From the NCBI RefSeq assembly GCF_009914755.1, contig NC_060938.1: a DNA stretch of 64,000 nucleotides; one strand, 5' to 3'. Positions 54,831 through 64,000 of this stretch are shown here, piece by piece (within the stretch, counting starts at the first letter, position 1; the number at the start of each line of letters is the position of its first letter). The position numbers and the translations under genes are program-made. This stretch comes from the human T2T-CHM13v2.0 reference genome, Homo sapiens. The notes under the pieces were generated by a model. That model had not been told where the DNA came from. It saw only the letters and a list, made by a program, of their open reading frames with translations, and did no database searches.

Positions 54831-57714
54831 TTCCGTTCGGTTCCACTCCATGCCATTGCATTCCATACCATTCCATTCCACTCGGGTTGAATCCATTCCT
54901 TTCCATTCCAATCCATTCCATTCCTTTCCAAACCATTCCATTCCATTCAATTCCACTTGCATTCAATCTATTCTTTCCATTCCATTCCGTTCTGTTCCAT
55001 TCCATTCCATTGTATTAGATACCATTGCATTCCACTCGGGATGATTCCATTCAATTCTATTATATTCCGTTCAATTCCATGGCATTCCATTCCATTCCAT
55101 TCCACTCGGGTGGATTCCATTCCATTCCATTCCATTCCATTCCATTCCATTCCACTCTGGTTGATTCCATTCCGTTCCTTTCCATTCCATTGCATTCCAT
55201 TCCATTCCATTCCTTTCCATTCCAATCCATTCCATTCCACTCCACTCCAGTTGATTCCATTCCATTCCATTCCATTCCACTCGGGTTGATTCCTCTCCAT
55301 TCCAATCCATTCCATTCCATTTCATTCCATTCCATTCCATTCCACTCCCTTCCAATCCATTCCATTCCACTCGGGTTGATTCCATTCCATTCCATTCCAT
55401 TCCTTTCCACTCAGGTTGATTCCTTTCCATTCCATTCCATTTTATTCCACTCCACTCCGGTTGATTCCATTAAATTCCATTCCATTCCATTCCATTTCAT
55501 TCCATTCCATTCCATTCCATTCCAATCCATTCCATTCCACTCCACTCCAGTTGATTCCATTCCATTCCACTCGGGTTGATTCCTTTCCATTCCATTCCAT
55601 TCCATTCCATTCCATTCCACTCCATTCAATTCCATTCCGTTAAGCTCCATTCCATTCCATTCCATTCCACTCGGGTTTATTCCATTCCGTTCCTTTTCAT
55701 TTCATTCCATTCCATTCCATTCCATTCCATTCCATTCCATTCCAATCCATTCCATTCCACTCCACTCTGGTTGATTCCATTCCATTCCATTCCATTCCAT
55801 TCCATTCCATTCCATTCCATTTCACTTGGGTTGATTCCATTCCATTCCATTCCATTCCATTCCATTCCATTCCATTCCATTCTATTCCATTCAATTCGAA
55901 ACCCTTCTGGTTGATTCCTTTCCATTCCATTCCATAACATTCCACTCCATTCCGCTCCATTGCATTAGGGTTGATTCCGTTCCATTCCATGCCCTTTTAT
56001 TTCATTCCATTCCATTCCATTCCATTCCATTCCATTCCATTCCAATCCATTCCATTCCATTCCATACGATTCCACCAATGTTGATTGCATCTTATTCCAT
56101 TCCATTCCATTTCATTCCATTCAATTCGATTCCATTCCATTCCTTTCCACTCGGGTTGATTCCATTCCATTCAATTCCGTTCCTTTCCGTTCCGTTCCGA
56201 TCCATTGCATTCCATTTCATTCCATTGCATTCCACTCGGGTTGATTCCATTCCATTCCAATCCACTTGGGTTGATTCCAGTCCCTACCATTCCATTCCAT
56301 TCATTTACATTACACTCCGGTTGATTCCATAGCATTCCATTCCATTCCATTCCATCCCATTCTGGTAGATTCCATTCCATTCCGTTCCAATCCATTCCAT
56401 TCCATTCCATTCCATTCCATTCCATTCCGTACACTTCGGGTTGATTTCTTTCCATTCCATTCCAATCCATACAATTCCACTCCATTCCGTTCCATTCCAT
56501 TCGGGTTGATTCTGTTCCATTCCATGCCCTTTTATTCCATTCCATTCCATTCCATTGCATTCCGTTCCATTCATTTCCACTTGGGTTGATTCCATTCCAT
56601 TCAATTCCGTTCCGTTCTGTTCCATTCCGTTCCATTCCATTCCATTCCATTCCATTTCATTCCATTGCATTGCACTCGAGTTGATTCCTTTCCTTTCCAT
56701 TCCATTCCATTCAATTCCTTTCCCTTCTGGTTGATTCCTTTCCATTCCATTCTATATCATTCCACTCCATTCTGCTCCATTGCATTCGGGTTGATTCCGT
56801 TCCATTCCATGCCCTTTTATTCCATTCCATTCCATTCCATTCCATTCCATTCCATTCCATTCCATTCCATTCCATTCCATACGATTCCACCAAAGTTGAT
56901 TGCATGTTATTCCATTCCATTCCATCTCATTTCATTCAATTCCATTCCATTCCATTCTTTTCCATTCGGGTTGTTACCATTCCATTCAATTCCGTTCAGT
57001 TCCGTTCCGTTCCATTGCATTCCATTTCATTCCATTACATTCCACTCGGGTTGATTCCATTCTATTGCATTCCATTCCATTCCATTCCATACCCTTCAGT
57101 TTGATTCCTTTCCATTCCATTCCATTACATACCATTCCACTCCATTCCATTCCATTCCATTCGGGTTGATTGCATTCCATTCCGTTCCGTTCCATTCCAT
57201 TCCATACCATTCCACTAGGGTTGATTCCATACCATTCCATTCCGTTCCGTTCCATTCCATTGCATACCATTCCACTAGGGTTGATTCTATACCATTCCAT
57301 TCCATTGCATTCCATTCCATTCCATTCCACTCGGGTTGTTTGCATTCCATTCCATTCCAATGCATTCCATTCCACTGCATTCCATTCCAGTTGATACCAT
57401 GGAATTGCATTGTTTCCATTTCATTCCATTCCACTCGGTTTGATTCATTTCCATTCCATTCCATTCCATTCCATTCCATTCCATACCATTCCATCAGAGT
57501 TGATTGCATGCTATTCCATTCTATTCCATTCCATTCGGGTTGATTTGGTTCCATTCCAAGCCCTTTTATTCCATTCTATTCCATTCCATTCCATTCCATT
57601 CCATTCCATTCCATTCCATTCCATTGCATTCCATACCATTCCACCAAAGTAGATTGCATGTCATTCCATTCCATTCCATTCCATTCCATTCCATTCCATT
57701 CCATTCCATTCCTT

Positions 57715-58060
57715 TCCACTCGGGTTGATTCCATTCCTTTCCATTCCATTCCATTCTATTCCATTCCATTGCATTCCACTCGGCATGATTCCATTCCATT
57801 TCATTCCATTCCATTCCATTCCGTTCCATTCCATTCCATTCCATTCGAGTAGATTCCTTTCCATTCCATTCCATTCCATTCCATTCCATTCCATTCCTTT
57901 CCACTCGGGTTGATTCCATTCCTTTCCATTCCATTCCATTCCATTCCATTCCATTGCATTCCACTCGGCATGATTCCATTCCATTCCATTCCATTCCATT
58001 CCGTTCCATTCCATTCCATTCCATTCGAGTTGATTCCTTTCCATTCCATTCCATTCCAGT
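57715..58060 (+). repeat. Local tandem duplication, ~185 bp unit
   Basis: CTCGGCATGATT at ~57779 and ~57964. ORF starts 57725 and 57910 are offset by 185. Confidence 0.8.
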
Positions 58061-61000
58061 CCATACCATTCCACTCCATTCCGTTCCATTCTATTCGGGT
58101 TGATTCCGTTCCATTCCATGCCATTTTATTCCATTCCATTGCATTCTGTTCCATTCCATTCCATACCATTCCACCAAATTTGATTGCATGTTATTCCATT
58201 CCATTCCCTTCCATTTCATTCCATTCCATTCCATTCCATTCCATTCCATTCCCTTCCATTCCATTCCATTCCATTCCATTCCCTTCCATTCCATTCCATT
58301 CCCTTCCATTCCATTCCCTTCCATTCCCTTCCATTCGTTTTCCACTCGGATTGATTCGGTTCCATTCAATTCCGTTCCGTTCCATTCCGTTCCATTCCAT
58401 TCCATTTCATGCCATTGCATTCCACTCGGGTTGATTCCATTCCATTCGATTCCATTCCATTCCATTCCATTCCAGTCCATTCCATACCCTTCGGTTTGAT
58501 TCCTTTCCATTCCATTGCATTCCGTACTATTACACTCCATTCCTTTCGGGTTGATTTCATTCCATTCCGTTCCATTCCATTCCATACTATTCAACTAGGG
58601 TTGATTCCATACCATTCCATTCCATTGTATTTCATTCCATTCACTTCCACTCGCGTTGATTCCCTTCCATTCCATTCCAATCCATTCCTTTCCATTCCAT
58701 TCCATTCCACTCGTGATGATTCCATTCCATTCCATTCCATTCCATTCCACTCCATTCCATTCCATTCCATTCCACTCCATTCCATTCCATTCCATTCCAC
58801 TCCATTCCAATCCATTACATTCCACTCGGGTTGATTCCATTCCATTCTATTCCATTCCATTCCATTCCATTCCGTTCCACTCAGGTTGATTCCTTTCCAT
58901 TCCATTCCATTTTATTCCACTCCACTCGGGTTGATTCCATTCCACTCCACTCCATTCCATTCCATTGCATTGCATTTCATTCGTGTTGATTCCATTGCAT
59001 TCCATTCCATTCCACTCCACTCCATTCCATTTCCTTCCATTCCAGTTGATTCCATTCCTTTCCATTCCATTCCATTCCATTCCATTCCGTTCCATTCTAC
59101 TCGGGTTGATTCCATTCCATTCCATTTCATTCCATTCGATTTCATTCCACTGGTGTTTATTCCATTCCACTCCATTCCATTCATTTCCATTCCATTCGGG
59201 TTTATTCCATTTCATTCCATTCCATTCCATTCCATTGCATTCCATTCCTTTCCATTCTATTCCATTCCATTCCATTCCATTTGTGTTGATTCCATTCCAT
59301 TCCATTCCATTCCATTCCACTCCATTCCAATCCATTTCATTCTACTCGGGTTGAATCCTTTCCATTCCATTCCAATGCATTCCCTTCCATTCAATTCCAC
59401 TCGGATTCAATCAATTCCATTCTATTCCATTCCGTTCTGTTCCACTCCATTCCGTTGCATTCCATACCATTCCATTCCACTCGGGTTGATTCCATTGAAT
59501 TCCATCCCATTCCATTCCATTCCATTCTATTGCATTCCATTCCATTCCATTCCACTCGTGTTGATTCCCTTCCATTCCATTCCATTCCATTCCACTTGGG
59601 TTGATTCCATTCCGTTCCTTTCCATTGCATTCCATTCCATTCCATTCCATTCCTTTCCTGTCCATTCCATTCCATTCCATTCCATTCCATTCCATTCCAT
59701 TCCGTTCCATTCCATTCGTGTTGATGCCATTCCAATCCATACCATTCCATCCCAATTCATTCCATTCCGTTCCATTGCTTTCGTGTTGATTCCATTCCAT
59801 TCCATTCCACTCCATTCCAATACATTACATTCCACTTGGTTTGAATCCATTCCTTTCCATTCCAATCCATTCCATTCCTTTCTAATCCATTCCATTCCAT
59901 TCAATTCCACATGGACTCAATCTATTCTTTCCATTGCATTCCGTTCTGTTCCATTCCAGTCCATTGCATTAGATACCAATTCATTCCACTTGGGATGATT
60001 CCATTCAATTCCATTATATTCCGTTCAGTTCCATTGCATTCCATTCCATTCCATTCCCCTCGGGTGGATTCCATTCCATTCTATTCCACTCGGGTGGATT
60101 CCATTCCATTCCATTCCATTCCAATCCCTTCCATTCCATTCCATTCCAATCCATTCCATTCCACTCCACTCTGGTTGATTCCATTCCATTCCATTCCATT
60201 CCATTCCATTCCATTCCATTCCATTCCATTCCATTCCATTCCACTTGGGTTGATTCCATTCCATTCCATTCCATTTTATTCCATTCCATTCCGTTCCATT
60301 CCATTCCATTCCATACCATTCCATTCGGTTTGATTCCATACCATTCCATTCCATTCAACTTGGTTTGATGCTTTTCCATTCCATTCCATTCCATTCCATT
60401 CCATTCCATTCCATTCCATTCCACTCCATTCCATTCCATTCCATTCCACTCCATTCCAATCCATTCCATTCCACTCCATTCCATTCCACTCCATTCCAAT
60501 CCATTCCATTCCACTCGGGTTGATTCCATTCCATTCCATTCCATTCCGTTCCACTCAGGTTGATTCCTTTCCACTCCATTCCATTTTAGTCCACTCCACT
60601 CGGGTTGATTCCATTCCATTCCATTCCATTCCTTTCCATTCCATTCCATTACATTCCATTCGTGTTGATTCCATTCCATTCCATTCCATTCCACTCCATT
60701 CCTTTCCATTTCATTCCATTCCAGTTGGTTCCATTCCATTCCATTCCATTCCATTCCATTCCATTCCATTCCATTCCATTCCGTTCCATTCTACTCGGGT
60801 TGATTCCATTCCATTCCATTTCATTCCATTCGATTCCATTCCACTGGTGTTTATTCCATTCCACTGCATTCCATTCCATTCCATTCGGGTTTATTCCATT
60901 TCATTCCATTCCATTCCATTCCATTGCATTCCATTCCTCTCCATTCTATTCCATTCCATTCCATTCCATTTGTGTTGCTTCCATTCAATTCCATTCCATT

Positions 61001-64000
61001 CCATTCCTTTCCACATGGGTTGATTCCATTCCATTCAATTCCGTTCCGTTCCGTTCCGTTCCATTGCATTCCATTTCATTCCATTGCATTCCACTCGTGT
61101 TGATTCCATTCCATTCCATTCCATTGCATTCCATTCCATTCCAGTCCATTCCATACCCTTCGGTTTTATTCCTTTCCATTCCATTGCATTCCATTCCATA
61201 CCATTCCACTCCATTCCGTTCCATTCTATTCGGGTTGATTCCTTTCCATTCCATGGCCTTTTATTCCATTCCATTCCATTCCGTTCCATTCCATTCCATA
61301 CCATTCCACCAAAGTTGATTGTATGTTATTCCATTCCATTCCATTCCATTCCATTCCATTCCATTCCATTCCATTCCATTCCGTTGCATTCCATTCCATT
61401 CCCTTCGAGTTGATTCCTTTCCATTCCATTCCATTCCATTCCATACCATTCCACTCCATTCCGTTCCATTCTATTCGGGTTGATTCCGTTCCATTCCATG
61501 CCATTTTATTCCATTCCATTGCATTCTGTTCCATTCCATTCCATACCATTCCACCAAATTTGATTGCATGTTATTCCATTCCATTCCCTTCCATTTCATT
61601 CCATTCCATTCCATTCCATTCCATTCCATTCCCTTCCATTCCATTCCATTCCATTCCATTCCCTTCCATTCCATTCCATTCCCTTCCATTCCATTCCCTT
61701 CCATTCCCTTCCATTCGTTTTCCACTCGGATTGATTCGGTTCCATTCAATTCCGTTCCGTTCCATTCCGTTCCATTCCATTCCATTTCATGCCATTGCAT
61801 TCCACTCGGGTTGATTCCATTCCATTCCATTCCATTCCATTCCATTCCAGTCCATTCCATACCCTTCGGTTTGATTCCTTTCCTTTCCATTGCATTCCGT
61901 ACTATTACACTCCATTCCTTTCGGGTTGATTTCATTCCATTCCGTTCCATTCCATTCCATACTATTCAACTAGGGTTGATTCCATACCATTCCATTCCAT
62001 TGTATTTCATTCCATTCCCTTCCACTCGCGTTGATTCCCTTCCATTCCATTCCAATCCATTCCTTTCCATTCCATTCCATTCCACTCGTGATGATTCCAT
62101 TCCATTCCATTCCATTCCATTCCACTCCATTCCATTCCATTCCATTCCACTCCATTCCATTCCATTCCATTCCACTCCATTCCAATCCATTACATTCCAC
62201 TCGGGTTGATTCCATTCCATTCTATTCCATTCCATTCCATTCCATTCCGTTCCACTCAGGTTGATTCCTTTCCATTCCATTCCATTTTATTCCACTCCAC
62301 TCGGGTTGATTCCATTCCACTCCACTCCATTCCATTCCATTGCATTGCATTTCATTCGTGTTGATTCCATTGCATTCCATTCCATTCCACTCCACTCCAT
62401 TCCATTTCCTTCCATTCCAGTTGATTCCATTCCTTTCCATTCCATTCCATTCCATTCCATTCCGTTCCATTCTACTCGGGTTGATTCCATTCCATTCCAT
62501 TTCATTCCATTCGATTTCATTCCACTGGTGTTTATTCCATTCCACTCCATTCCATTCATTTCCATTCCATTCGGGTTTATTCCATTTCATTCCATTCCAT
62601 TCCATTCCATTGCATTCCATTCCTTTCCATTCTATTCCATTCCATTCCATTCCATTTGTGTTGATTCCATTCCATTCCATTCCATTCCATTCCACTCCAT
62701 TCCAATCCATTTCATTCTACTCGGGTTGAATCCTTTCCATTCCATTACAATGCATTCCCTTCCATTCAATTCCACTCGGATTCAATCAATTCCATTCTAT
62801 TCCATTCCGTTCTGTTCCACTCCATTCCATTGCATTCCATACCATTCCATTCCACTCGGGTTGATTCCATTGAATTCCATCCCATTCCATTCCATTCCAT
62901 TCTATTGCATTCCATTCCATTCCATTCCACTCGTGTTGATTCCCTTCCATTCCATTCCATTCCATTCCACTTGGGTTGATTCCATTCTTTCCTTTCCATT
63001 GCATTCCATTCCATTCCATTCCATTCCATTCCATTCCATTCCATTCCGTTCCATTCCATTCGTGTTGATGCCATTCCAATCCATACCATTCCATCCCAAT
63101 TCATTCCATTCCGTTCCATTGCTTTCGTGTTGATTCCATTCCATTCCATTCCACTCCATTCCAATACATTACATTCCACTTGGTTTGAATCCATTCCTTT
63201 CCATTCCAATCCATTCCATTCCTTTCTAATCCATTCCATTCCATTCAATTCCACATGGACTCTATCTATTCTTTCCATTGCATTCCGTTCTGTTCCATTC
63301 AAGTCCATTGCATTAGATACCAATCCATTCCACTTGGGATGATTCCATTCAATTCCATTATATTCCGTTCAGTTCCATTGCATTCCATTCCATTCCATTC
63401 CCCTCGGGTGGATTCCATTCCATTCTATTCCACTCGTGTGGATTCCATTCCATTCCATTCCATTCCAATCCCTTCCATTCCATTCCATTCCAATCCATTC
63501 CATTCCACTCCACTCTGGTTGATTCCATTCCATTCCATTCCATTCCATTCCATTCCATTCCATTCCACTTGGGTTGATTCCATTCCATTCCATTCCATTT
63601 TATTCCATTCCATTCCGTTCCATTCCATTCCATTCCATACCATTCCATTCGGGTTGATTCCATACCATTCCATTCCATTCAACTTGGTTTGATTCTTTTC
63701 CATTCCATTCCATTCCATTCCATTCCATTCCATTCCATTCCACTCCATTCCATTCCATTCCATTCCACTCCATGCCAATCCATTCCATTCCACTCCATTC
63801 CATTCCACTCCATTCCAATCCATTCCATTCCACTCGGGTTGATTCCATTCCATTCCATTCCATTCCTTTCCATTCCATTCCATTGCATTCCATTCGTGTT
63901 GATTCCATTCCATTCCATTCCATTCCACTCCATTCCTTTCCATTTCATTCCATTCCAGTTGGTTCCATTCCATTCCATTCCATTCCATTCCATTCCATTC
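58015..64000 (+). repeat. ~3.38-kb tandem duplication (copy 1 ~58015-61395; copy 2 ~61396 to window end)
   Basis: Identical ORFs at offset 3375 (58591/61966, 58847/62222, 58912/62287, 58965/62340), at 3380 at the start (58191/61571), and at 3344 after a small deletion (59911/63255). Confidence 0.93.

Larger units (their letters stand above)
1..64000 (+). repeat. Human Satellite 3 (HSat3/SatIII) array: diverged (CATTC)n with interspersed ACTCGGGTTG decamers, C-rich strand on +
   Basis: Continuous ATTCC pentamers from base 1 to 64000, with hundreds of A(C/T)TCGGGTTG interruptions, which is the classical Satellite III definition. The HSat2-type (CATTCGATTC...GATGAT) unit does not dominate. Confidence 0.97.

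Noticed and set aside
1-64000. Hundreds of ORFs, up to 396 aa (e.g. 20359..21549, 11875..13032, 58886..59998, 19245..20294)
   Set aside because: All are IPFHS or MEWNG repeats, the obligatory translation of a stop-free 5-mer in every frame. They overlap in all six frames and show no domain content.
1-64000. CRISPR-like look of the recurrent ACTCGGGTTG with variable intervals
   Set aside because: The 'spacers' are CATTC repeats of variable length rather than unique sequences, the repeat is only 10 bp, and there are no cas genes or leader.
1-64000. HSat2 assignment
   Set aside because: CATTCGATTC and GATGAT motifs are sporadic, while long pure CATTC runs and the decamer dominate.
58015-64000. 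DYZ1 (Yq12 ~3.6-kb) identity of the 3.4-3.7 kb periods
   Set aside because: The periods differ and do not form a homogeneous long tandem run, and the window is a decamer-rich mosaic. An alignment would be needed for formal exclusion.
1-64000. Canonical heat-shock elements (inverted nGAAn arrays)
   Set aside because: The GAA units are direct repeats on one strand. I saw no convincing nGAAnnTTCnnGAAn by eye, so none is annotated.
1-64000. Transposon, telomeric, rRNA/tRNA or alpha-satellite insertions
   Set aside because: No stretch longer than ~20-30 bp departs from the pentamer-derived pattern. I saw no poly-A tails, TTAGGG arrays or 171-bp monomers.

Overview
The whole 64 kb is classical Human Satellite 3 (HSat3/Satellite III) or its great-ape orthologue. 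It consists of diverged (CATTC)n/(GGAAT)n pentamers punctuated every ~30-150 bp by the decamer ACTCGGGTTG (CAACCCGAGT) or its variants. The C-rich strand is on + throughout. By eye I found no inversion, transposon, unique-sequence island or RNA gene. Every listed ORF is an artefact of translating a stop-poor 5-mer (IPFHS on +, MEWNG on -), so I found no gene-based novel system. The real information is the higher-order architecture. (1) A recent, near-identical ~12.0-kb tandem duplication (~10.4-22.4 kb / 22.4-31.9 kb) is itself a dimer of ~5.4 + ~6.6 kb older subunits. (2) A ~3.7-kb core unit is expanded to 5.4 and 5.1 kb by different internal duplications (41.4-53 kb). (3) A recent ~3.38-kb tandem duplication lies at 58-64 kb. 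(4) There are many 65-750 bp local duplications. (5) A small library of conserved 'modules' is reshuffled across the window. Boundaries were read by eye from rare-variant markers and ORF offsets and are approximate (about +/-50-100 bp).
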